A stretch of 64,000 nt of DNA from Okamejei kenojei. Its lineage: Eukaryota. The position numbers and the translations under genes were made by a program. Of this stretch, positions 24,866 through 37,819 are shown in pieces; position 1 is the first letter of the stretch; each line of letters begins with the position of its first letter. Under the pieces are notes generated by a model, which saw only the letters and a program-made list of their open reading frames with translations, did not search any database and was not told the origin of the DNA. The stretch lies in NCBI GenBank assembly GCA_035221665.1, contig CM069131.1, forward strand, positions 24,428,001 to 24,492,000, given 5' to 3'.

Positions 24866-25988
24866 TCAAGTGTCAAACTGCTTTGCAAATTCCATTGCTT
24901 CTGCTGGGGTCTTGAAGAAATGTTCCACGTTGTTATAGGTAACTCTTAGGATGGCTGGGTAATTCAAACCGTATCTCAAGTTTTCTACACCCCTCATAAG
25001 GCTTTTGGCTTCATTAAACGCTTTTCATTTTCTGGCAACCTCTGGGGGATAGTCTCGATAGATACTGATTCTTTGTCCTTGAAATGTCAGATTCTTTTTT
25101 CCCGAAGCTCTCCGCATAATATCCTCCAGGATAAAATCATATTGTAACTTTACAATCATTTGTCTTGGGGGGGCATTTGTACTGGTCTGTCGTCTGCCGA
25201 CTCTATGTGCACGAGCTAATACAGGCTTATCATCCAAAGATAAAACAGCTTGAAGTAGTTTAGCAGTGAATTTCTCGAGGATCTTCGTGTTTCTCTAGAC
25301 CTTCAGGAATCCCTGCGATCCTCAAGTTCTGTCTTCTCTGATAGCCTTCTAGCTGAGTGCATTTCTCTGTTACTTTAGACAACAACTCCAGTAGACGTTC
25401 TTGTTCTGTTATCAGCTTTGCTGTAGACACAGTACTTGCCTCCGCTATCTTTTCAAGGTTTTTCATGCCATCTGCTTGTTGTTCCACCACATTTGCAATA
25501 GGATCAATCTTATTTTGAAAGTCTTTTTTAACTTTTTCAAGTTTAGTCTCCATCTTACGTTCCATATTATTGATCATATCAATAAGTTCATTCTTCAATT
25601 TTTCTGATTCTTTCTTAAACTTATTATCAATTTTTGACGTTGTATCTTTTTGAAATTCATTCCATTGATTTTTCATCAAATCCATCTGATTGTTAATTTG
25701 ACAAATTTCTTCCTTTATTTCTCCCTTTATATCTTTCATTTCTTGCTTTATATCTTTCATTTCTGCCTTTAATTCTCGCTTTAAATCAGCCATCTGGTGA
25801 GAAATAAAAGTTCTCAAATCCTCACCTTCTGTGCCTGCTTTCCTGGAGACATCTTCCAGGGAGCTGGCCCTACTTGAGTCCGAGGCTTCTCCCAGGCCTT
25901 CTCCCGCTCTCGCCCGGGGTTTTCGACCTTTTACCTTGTCGGTAGGGCTCCGTGCCGTCATGGTTTGTCGCACGGCTGATGACGTCAC
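24866..25988 (-). pseudogene. L1 ORF1 (coiled coil, RRM, CTD), with frameshifts in this assembly
   Basis: Heptad-rich N-terminus, RRQNLRIAGIPEG, RAHRV, PRQMIVKL, ISIYRDYPPEV and YPAILRVTY. Confidence 0.88.
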
Positions 25989-26124
25989 TCGGTACCGTTG
26001 ATATTAAAACGGCAAGCAGTGTGAAGCAGGCAGCCGGTAAGTCTTTTTAAGTCCCCGTTTTTCCCGAATTTTTACGGAGCTGGCTGGCGCTATGCTCTAA
26101 GACTCCATAGCGCCACCGGAAGTC

Positions 26125-26818
26125 TTGATGGCGTCTTCTGTTGACCTGTCGGCAGCACTCCACCAGGACCAGTCTCTCAAAGCACTTCATCACAGTTGAA
26201 GTGCAACAGGTCAGTCATTCAAACAGGCACAATTTGATCTGGCAGTACTCTTCCTGGGATGCCATCTGGGCCAGCAGCTTTCCTACGCTGCTGAGTGGGT
26301 GAGTGCCAAGTGTTGGATGCAGCTGCAGGCGCAGGCTCCGCCTTACTCACCTCAAAACGGGCGAAAAAGTGGTTAAGCTCCTCAGCCAGCAAGTTACTAC
26401 TGCTTGCCCTGGTGTTGTTGTTGTAAGTTGCTGAATACCCTGCCAAACACGCCGGGGGTCCCTCTCATTTAAGTGTCCCTCTAGTCTTCTTCCATAGGCT
26501 GCCTTTGCCTCTTTGATGGCTCTCTTTAGTTTGGATTTGGCAGTGCTGTACAGTTCATCATTGCAGATCCAAATGCTGAGTTGCGTTCCCTCAGCAGCTT
26601 TCTGACATCACTGGTCATCCAGGGTTTGCTATTTGGATAACATCTAATCTCTCTGTCGATAATGACGTTATTGATACAGTTCTGTATGTAGAACATGACT
26701 GTGGATGTGTAGTCCGTTATGTCCTGATTTGCAAAAAGATCCCACTGTGTGCGCTCAAAGCAATCCTGAAGATGAGCGGCAGCGTCCTCAGACCAAGTCT
26801 TTATGTTTCTCACACTGA
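26125..26818 (-). mobile_element. Rex1/Babar-type LINE, upstream part of the copy split by the L1
   Basis: WSEDAAAHLQDCFERTQW, YPNSKPWMT, AEELNHFFARF and KAAGPDGIPGRVL. Confidence 0.85.
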
Positions 26819-26924
26819 CAATTATTATAGAACAATTGTTAATTGTTCTATAATGTCAAACATACTTTCAGCCAACAACAAAGAAAGTTAGTTCTGGAAA
26901 CAATCCTCTTGTTTGGATTTTTTA

Positions 26925-27133
26925 AAGAAGGAACTGCAGATGCTGGAGAATCGAGGGTACACAAAAAGCTGGAGAATCTCAGTGGGTGCAGCAGCATCTA
27001 AGGAGCGAAGGAGATAGGCGACGTTTCGGGTCGAGACCCTTCTTCAGGGTCTCGACCCGAAACGTCGCCGATCTCCTTCGCTCCTTAGATGCTGCTGCAC
27101 CTGCTGAGTTTCTCCAGTTTTTTGTGTACCCTC
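26925..27133. mobile_element. Near-perfect 181-bp palindrome of Penelope-LTR sequence
   Basis: 88-nt arms at 26953-27040 and 27046-27133 with a 5-nt loop. Arms are nearly identical to 57196-57287. Confidence 0.9.
27017..27047 (-). ncRNA. Minimal type-I hammerhead-ribozyme-like core (Penelope-associated); stem I not evident
   Basis: CTGAAGA-A-GGGTC-TC-GACCC-GAAA-CG-TC: CUGANGA and GAAA core boxes, stem II, and palindromic ACGU in place of stem III. Confidence 0.55.
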
Positions 27134-27524
27134 TTGTTTGGATGTAAGCCACCTAGCAGGCATTCCATCCACAACGATTTTAAGAGGTTAACTTTGAAAA
27201 TTCTTGGTAAGATGTAAAATTATTATTTCATCGAGGATATAAAATGGAAAACTTTCAATTTTTCAGCTACCTTCACTTAGCAAGCATACACTTTGTGTTA
27301 TGTTCTTCTTCATGCAGCGGCAAGTTCTGACTTTCATCATACCCACAGATGTATTTCGCAAACAAAAACTGAAAAAGCAGACAGACAGAAAAAGAAAGAG
27401 AGAGAGAGCGCGAGAACACGAACAAAGCATTGTAAAAGCTGCGAAGTGAGAGCAGTTGGAGACAATTCAAACAAAGAAACACTTTATTAACTTGGAATTG
27501 CAAGGCTGTATGAAATATCCAACA

Positions 27525-28931
27525 ACCCAAGAAGAGCAAGGTGACGTGCCTCAATGACTATCGACCTGTGGCACTAACGCCTGTGGTGATGAAGTGCTTC
27601 GAGAGGTTGATCATGGCGCAAATCAACTCCTACCTCGACAAAAACCTGGACCCACTGCAGTTCGCTTACCACCACAACAGACCAACGGTGGATGCGATCT
27701 CGCTGGCTCTGCTCTGGACCACTTGGACAACAAAAACTCATATATCAGGCTGTTATTCATCGATTACAGCTCGGCATTTAATACTATCATCCCCTCCAAG
27801 CTGGTTACCAAACTCGCAGAACTGGGTCTCTGCGCATCCCTCTGCAATTGGATCCTCGCCTTCCTCATTCACAGACCACAGTCTTTTCGTATTGGTGGAA
27901 AGTGTCAGACTCGATAACAATCATCACGGGAGCACCTCAAGGCTGCGTGCTCAGCTCCCTGCTGTACTCTCTCTATACTCATGACTGCGTAGCCGGTCAC
28001 AGTGCGAACTCCATCATCAAGTTCGCTGACGACATCACTGTTGTGGGATGTATCACTGATGGGGATGAGTCGGAGTACAGAAGAGAAATCAAGCAACTGT
28101 CCATATGGTGCCAGCACAATAACCTGGCCCTCAACACCAGCAAAACCAAGGAACTGACTGTGGACTTTGGAAGGAGTAGGATGGGGTTCCACAGTCCCGT
28201 TTATATCAATGGGTCGATGGTTGAAAGGGTCAAGAGCTTCAAATTCCTGGGCGTGCACATCTCTGGAGATCTTTCCTGGTCCGAGAACACTGATGCAATT
28301 ATCAAGAAAGCTCATCAGTGCCTCTACTTCCTGAGAAGATTACGGAGAGTCGGTTTGTCAAGGAGGACTCTCTCTAACCTCTACAGGTGCACAGTAGAGA
28401 GCTTGCTGACCGGTTGAATCGTGAGTTGGTTCGGCAACTTGAGCGTCCTGGAGAGGAAAAAACTACAAAAAGTAGTAAACACTGCCCAGTCCATCATCGG
28501 CTCTGACCTTCCTTCCATCGAGGGGATTTACCGCAGTCGCTGCCTCAAAAAGGCTGGCAGTATCATCAAAGACCCACACCACCCTGGCCACACACTCATC
28601 TCCCTGCTAACTTCAGGTAGAAGGTACAGGAGCCTGAGAACTGCAACGACCAGGTTCAGGAATAGCTACTTCCCCACAGCCATCAGGCTATTAAACCTGG
28701 CTCGGACAAAACTCTGAACACTAATAACCCATTATCTGTTATGTGCACTTTATCAGTTTATTTATTCATGTGTGCATATATTTATATAATGGTATATGGA
28801 CACACTGATCTGTTTTTGTAGTCACTGCCTTCTATGTTCTGTTGTGCTGATGCAAAGCAAGAATTTCATTGTCCTATCAGGGACATGTGACAATAAACTC
28901 ACTTGAACTTGTACTTGAACTTGAACTTGAA
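27525..28931 (+). mobile_element. Rex1/Babar-type LINE 3' half
   Basis: [43 protein letters not shown] and RFRNSYFPTAIRLLN, with a (CTTGAA)n tail. Confidence 0.9.
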
Positions 28932-29239
28932 GTCTGGCCAATGTTGTGGATGGATGACCTAGAGCATAAATGGCTAGTTCTGATACAAGGAAAGCGAATT
29001 ACCTGAAGGTGTTGATTTTAATATTGAATCCAGGAAACTGTAACATATCCAAATGGACGATAAACCTGGGTGAGTTTTTTTTGTGTAGAGTTAAACATAC
29101 AAAATATGCAGAGTTAAAAAACAACCAAATACATTCTTGGGTACAAATTAGGACATAACAGAATCATAAAATTCAGAAAATCTAACCTTGGAACAATTCA
29201 AATGTTTGTAATTATTGATTTTTTTAATGGACTCTTAAT

Positions 29240-30530
29240 TAGACCCAGGCAAAGCGAAGGGTCCCGATGATGTCAGGCCTAGAGTACACAAGGTGTGTGC
29301 CAACCAGTTGTGCGGAGTACTCTAGCATATCTTCAACTTGAGTCTGGAGAGGGTTCCTGTGATGTGGAAGACATTCTGCCTGGTTCCTGTACCAAGGGGG
29401 ATGCGCCCCAGCTCCTCCAATAACTACAGACCGGTGGTGCTGACTTCACACATCATGAGGTCCCTGGAGAGACTGGTGCTCACTCACCAGCGACCTCTGG
29501 TTAAACCCTACCTTGACCTCCTGCAGTTCACTTACCAAACAAAGATGAGGGTTGAGGACACCATTGTTGAGGTGGATTTCTATTCTACCATGATCATTGC
29601 ACGATTCCACCTGGCTCCTGTGTACTCACAGCACTGCGTGCTGATAATCCAGTACCGACCGCTATCGTGAACAAACTACACAACAACTTTACTTACTTAA
29701 CAAGATATTTATCGCATACAAACACTCTACACAATTCTATCAGCTATACTAGATAAATGGCGTTTGTTCTATCACCGGTGCTTACCCTCAGGCAGCACCG
29801 GTGAGAGTCGCACACCGCTACTCACCAACCCGCTCGAGCGTGGAGATCGTGAGTCGACCCCTTGGTCTCTGCCCTCCGTCCTTCGCTGCGCTCTTTTATA
29901 CAGTTCTTATCTAACTTTGCAAGCCGCGTCTGTCACTTGTTTACTCCGATGTACCCTGCGGTACCCAGAAGTGACCGACATTCTTAGAACTTCGAGAACA
30001 TCCTGTTCCGACCCAACCCATCAACACTGTTATCTGTCACATGCCAGGCAGTCATTTCTTAAAGTGTTTACAACTTCGAAATACATTTTAAACATTTAAG
30101 TTCTCAAATAATACATTTCAATACATGTGATTACAAGGTAATACAGACAGTTTCCACACCATCATCTACCTGCTCTAAAGTTCCCATGCTCACCTGTATA
30201 AGCCGGGAAGCATTGTAAGAGTCATGTCTTTTTACTTCTCCAGTGCTTTTAACACCATCCAGCTTGCACGTCTAGGGAGCAAACTGATGAAGATGTGGGT
30301 GGATGCTCCATTGGTGTCCTGGATCACCAACTACCTGATTGGACGACCAGGCTACAAAACTGTGTCACGGACATGATAGTGAGCAACATAGGGGCCCCAC
30401 AGGGGACGGTCCTCTCTCCCTTCCTGTGCACCATCTACACCTCGGACATCAGATATAACTCAGACTCCTGCCACAAGCAGAATTTTTCAGATGACTCAGC
30501 AATTGTGGACTGCATCAGTGAGGGGAGGCA
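29240..30530 (+). mobile_element. Degenerate Rex1/Babar-type RT fragment interrupted by a solo LTR
   Basis: NNYRPVVLTSHIMRSLERLVL before the insert and GAPQGTVLSPFL…FSDDS after it. Confidence 0.8.
29565..30158 (-). mobile_element. Solo LTR (594 bp, probably Gypsy-type)
   Basis: TGT…ACA termini with 4-bp TSD CCAT (29561-29564, 30159-30162). Removing it restores host coding EDTIIYLL. TATAAAA on the minus strand at ~29894-29900. Confidence 0.75.
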
Positions 30531-33319
30531 AGTCAAGAAAGCATCATTTGATTGGCCATCAACTGAAAGACTGACAGAAATCCAGTTGTGCCTCAACAGA
30601 AGCAGAAATTCATATAACTTGGCTTAATAATTCACAAATTATATAAGTACATCAAGTTTCAAGGTATAAAATGAAAAGGACAAGTAATGTCTTTACTGAA
30701 GCAAAATTTGCAAAACAATTATTGTCTTTAACAAACAGTCTGATCTCTTTGAATGGGCATTTGTCTTGCACCATGTGTTTGGTAAACACCAAAAGCATCA
30801 TCTCCAACACAAACAAATATGTTTTATCATTTTTAACCTTATGGATCCAGATATCAACATGTGAATCTTTTCAGCAAAAGCCTATAGTTTCAATTGAAAA
30901 TTGGAAAATGTTCTTTTTCTTAACATAATCAAATCCAAATGAATTTCCTTTGCTTCGTTTAAGGCACACATTGCATGGGACATTTAGTTTGACAAGAAAA
31001 TCTGGAAGTGCTTACATAATCTTGCCATTGCGGCAATAGCCTAGATCTCAAATCAAGCAGTTTTTTGTGAGTTGTGGGGCAATCCCAGAATACTAATTCC
31101 ACTTGGCAGGACTTCACAGTGATTGACAGTTCGAGGTGCATAAATTCAGGACCTGAATGTTTTAATGAATTTTCCTGCAAATCATGTATACAAATTTTGT
31201 ATTCTCCAGCATTCTGAACACATGCACCAGTCATTTCATATCTCCTCCAGCACCTTCAGAAATGTCACCTTCTACAATTTATCCGTTCAGCAGCCAACAC
31301 AAGACTACTGTGGGATCTCTCATTCTCATTCTAAACACACACTCTCCTACTTCCTCCCTTCACTGTGACCACTACTTTGTCACGCAATCCAGCCTCATCA
31401 CTTACCTCTTTCATGATTCTTGCCACATTTCATGTTCCGCATGCTCTTTTGTAGTGCAGCACTTTCCCATTCTCATTGTCTTTTGTTCCTTTAACCTTTC
31501 AACAAGCATCTTGCAGTGAAAACACTGAACACTGTCCAGGTCAGTCATGCTTATTTATGAATACCTTTGCTCTGTTTGGGAGAACACAGAAGAGCAGGAT
31601 TGGGCAACAACCATCAGACCTATTCCTCTTTCAAAGCTGGAGTGACATAGAAACCAATAGCCATCCAAAGCTGTTCAGAAAGGACATTGGGCTTCTTTGA
31701 TTAAGGTCCCGGAATAAAATCTGAGTAAATGTACAAAGTATAGCTTTACAACATAAAGTGGCATGGTGATGCCTGTCATCTTTGTTGTCCATTGTCCTAA
31801 TTCTTGGCGATGTCCTCCTCCACCTTCTTGGTGCTCAACAGCCACAATCTTCACTAGGTTTCACCTCAGCATAGGAGCATCTTTCCAAGAGGCTCGTTGA
31901 TGATTGAATGGCAGAGTAGGCTTAATTCCGCTAGTTATAGGAGCCTAAGTCCGCTCATATAACTTATGAACATGAATTTATTCAAGGGCTATCCTCACAA
32001 TGAGAGAAAATATTAAGGGGTTCACCATTTTGTAATCAATGCTGAAGAGTTTACTATTCTCCAGCCAAGCCCTCGAAACAGGAGACCAGGAAGATCAGGA
32101 AACTACCATGCAGGCTTTAGTATGGATTTTTGAATGCATCACACATATTCCACAGCTTGCTGGTCCATAAATGAGTGGATGTGATAGTAATTAGAGGGTC
32201 CCAACCCTGGGAGTGATAGTAATTAGAGGGGAGTTCCACGTAAAGCCCTTACTCAATGTGATGTTGTGGTTGCTTCCCCACCACACTCTCAATGAATGCC
32301 AAGGTTCAGACAGCTCAGACTGCTTGGTACACGCTAACCTACAAGAAGATTCAAACTCCGAGAAGTCACCAGCCGCAAGCTTTCAGAGATTTCAGCAATT
32401 GACATCATCCAATGGACCAAAGCCCCATATCAGTGTGATATGGATCCATAACAACAAAATAATAATAATTTGAAAACTTAAGTTAATAGCACTGGCATAG
32501 TGGTGAGTGATTAACAGTGTCGTTGATTTGGTAGAAGGTGCATGCACTATTGTCACCCTGTTAACATAATGTTAGAAACCAGGTTATGTGGGAAGCAGCT
32601 AAGTTGAAATGATTGGCCACATTGCCAGAGCTAAGTTGTAAAGAACACTCTGTGCAATGAAATAATCTTAATCCTTAGTTCATTATGTGGTATGCTCTGT
32701 TTCAGATGAGTTTGTGCCTCTCATGGCAGTTGTGAATATGAAGGAATTAGAGTTTCCTCAGCATATGTTGCATGGGGAATTTCTCATAGGAAAGTAGCTG
32801 CCAGTAAAACTGGTGCAACATTGCACAAATAATTTTCAGTGATTGCACACCAATTTAACATTAATAGAATGAAAGGATGTTCATAAACTGTTGCCAGGCC
32901 TACTGCTGGTCTGATGGTTTCATGAATATTGTTTATTATGCCTTGGAGATGAGATATATCTGAATATTCTCACATTCAGTTTCTTGCCTGGAAGGAGCCA
33001 GTGGCAAAAATGTTATGAGCAGTGGTGACTCCGACAGCAACTGGAAGATTATGACCACTGGGATGCTGTTGCACCTAGTTCAACAGCAATAATCCTGTGG
33101 ATAATCCAGCAATAATCCTGCATCCACAGGAATAAAGTGAAAAAGAACCTAGTCAGGGGAAAATACAGTATATATATAATTTAGAAGCCTCTGATACTCC
33201 CATATCCACTCATATCAGGAAGCAAATTCATCTTACATGAATATATTCATGAGCCATCCACTTCAATTCCAGTGTGTACATCTGCAATCTTTGAAAATGA
33301 TGAATACAATTTGACACAG

Positions 33320-33968
33320 AGGGCTGGAGTAACTCAGAGGATCAGGCAGCATTTCTAGAGAGCGTGGATAGGTGACGTATTGGGTTGGGACTTTCTTTAG
33401 ATCTATTGTGGCGGAGTGCAAGAAAGGTGGAAGAGAAGGGGCAAGACAAAACGTGGCAAGTGATAGGTGGATGCAGGTGAGGGAGGGGGTTTGATAGTTT
33501 AATGAGGGAGGTGGTTTAGTTAATTTAGTTTTTTGTCACGTGTATCGAGGTAGTGTGAAAAGCTTTTGTTGTGTGCTAGCCAGTCAACAGAAAGCCAATG
33601 CATCATTACAATCGAGCCATCCACAGTGTACAGATACATGATGAAGTGAATAATGTTTAGTGCAAGATAAAGTCCAGTAAAATCCGATCAAAGATAGTCC
33701 GAGGGTCTCCAATGAGGTCGACAGCAGCTCAGAACAGCTCTCTAGTTGTTGGTAGGATGGTTCAGTTAGTGTACCTATATTCACTTATAACTTCCCAGCA
33801 TTGTGCTGCCCCTCATCTCCCCAGCATCCTTTTCCCCCCTTTCATTACAATCTATCTGAAGAATGATCCCAAATCAAAATGTCATCTAAGCCTGTTCTCC
33901 AGAGATGCTGTCTGGTCCACAGTGCTACTCCAGCACTTTGTGTTGGAGTATCTGCAGTTCCTTGTATC
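33320..33968. mobile_element. Inverted pair of degenerate Penelope-LTR fragments with a LINE 3' fragment (~33520-33770, minus) between them
   Basis: GCTGGAGTAACTCAG…GCAGCAT on the left and CTGAAGAA…AGATGCTG…TACTCCAGC…ATCTGCAGTTCC on the right. Confidence 0.6.
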
Positions 33969-33999
33969 TACTCTGCTGAATAAAATTAGGTCAGTGAAA

Positions 34000-34248
34000 T
34001 TTTAGTTTTAGTTCTAGAGATACAGCACAGAAACAGGTCATTCGGCCTATCGAGTCCACACTGACCAATGATCACCCGTTCACACTAGTTCTATCTTGCA
34101 CACCAGGGATAATTTACAGAAATCAAGTAACCTACAAACCTGTACATCGTAGGAATGTGGGAGGAAACCGAAGGACCCCGAGGAAACCCACGTGGTCATG
34201 GGGAGAACATACAAACTCTGTGGTCAGGATTGTGCCACTGTGCTGCCC
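34000..34248 (-). mobile_element. Internally deleted HE1/V-SINE
   Basis: V-core GAGTTTGTATGTTCTCCCC…GTGGGTTTCCTC…GGTTTCCTCCCACA on the minus strand, with a CR1-derived tail. Confidence 0.8.
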
Positions 34249-34719
34249 TGATTTTGTTATAGTTATCTCTTGATTCAACCTCATACACTTGACAAGTTGG
34301 TTTAACATTGGATTTATTTATTTTAGCTCTTTAAAATTTGCAATATTATATCTGTATAATTATTTAAAAATAATTGAAAATTCCATGCTGGTCCTATCTT
34401 GGAAGCTTAGAGGACAAAGATTGATCAAACAACCTTGCAGGACTTTATAATGTTGTTGTTTATGTTAATTATAATAATTGAACTGGAAAGGTTCACCCAA
34501 TTATCCACCATAACTTCCAATAAATGTCACAGGAAACCCATGTTTGCATCAATTTTTGCGGGATTCTGTTTTTTCTTTACAGATTACTGCATGAATAGTA
34601 AACACTTATGGAAATTAATTTGCCTAATTGTGATAGGCAGGTTAATTGTTGATCACTTGAATGAAAGAACACACAATTATTTGGCACATTTTACTACCTC
34701 AAGGCACCCTACAGCTAAT

Positions 34720-35170
34720 ATTATTGTCATGTGTATCGAGGTACACGTGATTGTCACGTGTATCGAGATTAATGTCACGTGTATAGAGGTAAAAACCTTT
34801 TTGTTGCATGCTATCCAGTCAAGAAAACATTATACATGATTACCATCAAGCCATCCACTATGTACAGATAAAGGATAAAGAGTATAACATTTAGTGCAAG
34901 ATAAAGTCCAATAAAGTATGAATAAAAATAGTTCAAAGATCTCCAATGGGGTAGATGGAAGGTCAGGACCACACTCTAGTTGGTGAGCAGATGGTTCAAT
35001 TGCCTGATAACACCTGGGAAGAAACTGTCCCTGAATCTGGAGGTGTGCGTTTTCAAACTTCTTACCTCTTGCCTGATGGGAGAGGGGAGAAGACGGGGTG
35101 ACTGGCCCTTGATTACCTGGTGGCCTTGCTGAGGCAGTGTGAAGTGTAGATGGAGTCAATGGAAGGGAGA
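34720..35170 (-). mobile_element. Rex/L2-type LINE 3' end
   Basis: Minus translation FSPLPSGKR…KTHTSRFRDSFFPGVIRQLN. Same 3' UTR as 33520-33770 and 40585-41085. Confidence 0.75.
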
Positions 35171-37819
35171 TTGATTGAATATGTGAATGTTTCTAATGTT
35201 CACAAACACATCAACACAATAAAATAAATGAAATAAAATTTAATGAGCTGCAGTTTCAAACAGATTTAATTGAAATCTGAGTGCTCAGCAATATTTGAGC
35301 AGACGAACATTGGTCTAGTCTATTAAAAAATAATCTGTAGTGATGCTGACTCATTCTTGTAATTCCATTTGAGAACAGAAGAGATTTAAGAAACAATTTA
35401 ATTGAAATATTTAACGTTATAAAGGGATGGAAATGAATGGGGAAAACAAATTGTTACTGGCTACTGAGAATTTAAAATCAGCAGACAAACAACAAGTTGG
35501 GAACATAACTGAATAGCATTAGGGATTATGCACTGGAATAGTGCTGGGCAATTAACCCAATGTATCAGATCTGATAGAAGGTGCACATAAAACCTGGATT
35601 GTCATCTTGCTAAAAGCTAGTAAGTTGGCAAGTTACCTTCATCTATTAATGTTCTGAGGCAAGGTAATCAACCTCAAAAGTTAACATCTGAAAGCTTGTC
35701 CATTACATGTCAACAGTCTTCGATCAGCCATACTGGAGGTTACTGAGCAGAAGACAGGCCAAGGTATATGCCTGGTATTCATTAGAATTATTTTTAAAAA
35801 TGTTCATGAATGCTTGCCATTTATGGAAGAATTAGATGCATAAATATTTCTTCAAATGTTAATTGTGTGTGGTATTTTATTCAACAGTTGTGCTTAAGCA
35901 GATAATCATAAACTAAATGTGAGAGAGAGAAAATGAAATAGGAACTGAAGTTGAATGTGAAATAGTCTTTCTCTTTACCTTTCTTCACTTATAGAACATG
36001 CATTTTTTTGGTAAGTCTAGCATTTAATAATCAATCCTGAATGTTCTTAAGAAGATGGAGGAGAGCTGCCTTCTTTAAATATTTCATTCCTTGAATAAAG
36101 GTTTTCCAACTATATTGTTACACAGGGATTCCAGGATATTTTCCCAGCAGCATTTACATCCAAGGTTCAATGATTCAATGGTTTCTTTATTGTCATGTGT
36201 ACTAGGTACACTGAAATATGTTTTTGCGTACAGCTCAGCAGGACTATCCCTGTACATAGGTACAAACACCCCACTGAGTCCATATGCAAGAGGCAGCATT
36301 TTGGTGCCATTTTACAGTACCAGCTGCAGTTGTAGCTGTTACCTCCATTTTGGTCATCCCATGACCCGATGTCCCTCTCCATGCCTGCCCACTTCAGCCC
36401 ATGGTTCCAAAGGGGGGAACATGTCAGGAATGAGACTTGAAAGTGATGAACAGGTAATGTTCTTATGATTTTCTCTCTTTATTCAGAGAAGCAGAGTTTG
36501 TAGATTTGTCAGTTATTGGTGAAGAAAACCTAGCAACTTGCTGTCATGCATTTTGTAGGGGTAATCATTGCAAACAGTGAACCAATTGTGAACAGCATGA
36601 ATGCTCCGGATTTTGGATTTGTGTTGCTTTTTCCTAGATGGTATCGCATTTCTTGAGTGTTGTCGGAAATGCATTCATCTAACAGAGTTCACAATATAAT
36701 GTCATACTCTTTGGGAAGCTGAGAAGTGATTTTGGAGTGTAAGGAGGTGAGTGCCTTGCCACAGAGTACTCGATCTCTAATTGCTGTTGTAGCCACAGTA
36801 TTTATGTGGTATTATGTGGTAGTGAACTTCTTGGTTAACAACAACTATTAGGAAGCTAACGATGCAGAATTTTATGAAGGCAATTCAGTTGATTCGCAAG
36901 AGGTGATGATTACATAGCATGGCACTTCAGTAATATTAATGTTGCTTGTCAATTAACAGACTATGTTTGGATGTTAGTTCGGCCTTATTGTGCATGGAAC
37001 TGTTGTTTGAATTTTTTTTAAATGATGTGAAACAATTTCTAGTCTTCAGTCTTCCTGAATGATTAGTTGGTGGAAATTTTCACTCAGCTAGTACAGGATA
37101 TTGATTTGGAGATTGTGGAAGGCTCAATAAATGAATTGGTGAGACAGAACTTAATATAAGATTTCATGTAAGAGCTTTATGAAAGACAAAACTGGAAAAA
37201 ATATCACTTTAAGTTGTGCAGCAATGATATATCAGAATTAGTGCCTAAAAGACAACAGATTAGGAACGTATTCATACAAATCCAAGAAATACAGCATTGT
37301 GGCAATTCAAAACATCTTAATGTAGATTAGAGTAATTTTGTTTTGATGTGAAAGTGAACATTGGTAAAGTTGGCACCTTATTTTTAAGAGATTTTTGCTT
37401 ACAAGTTTTGTCTGATGTGAAACTCCTTCCAAAGATGTCAATAGTAATACAGCACCCAAAATTCATAATTGGCAAGATTTTCGCCATCACTAGTATTATA
37501 AATGTCAGCCGTTGTTCACTCAGAGAACAACTTTCACTAAAGCTTATTTCTCAGAAAGCAGCGCTATTTAAAGAGTAATATCCTACTTAACTTGATTTCA
37601 TAGCCAGACTGCTTCACAGTATTTTCACACGCTCAACCTACACTGCACACTGCCCACAGGTCTTCCTTGTGGCTTAAAACACTGTTCTAAAAACAAAACT
37701 AACTTATAATGGGGATTTACTTACACCTACCATGCCTCTCGATGGATGACAGGAATGTGCAACAAGCACTTCTCAGGCATCACAAGCACCCACAGAGAAC
37801 ATGCAGGAGGAGATCTAGA

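Larger units (their letters stand above)
18856..26124 (-). mobile_element. Full-length (~7.27 kb) L1-clade LINE
   Basis: 15-bp TSD TTGATGGCGTCTTCT (18841-18855, 26125-26139). 5' end GACTTCCGG. Poly(A) tail with AATAAA. Contains ORF1 and ORF2. Confidence 0.95.
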
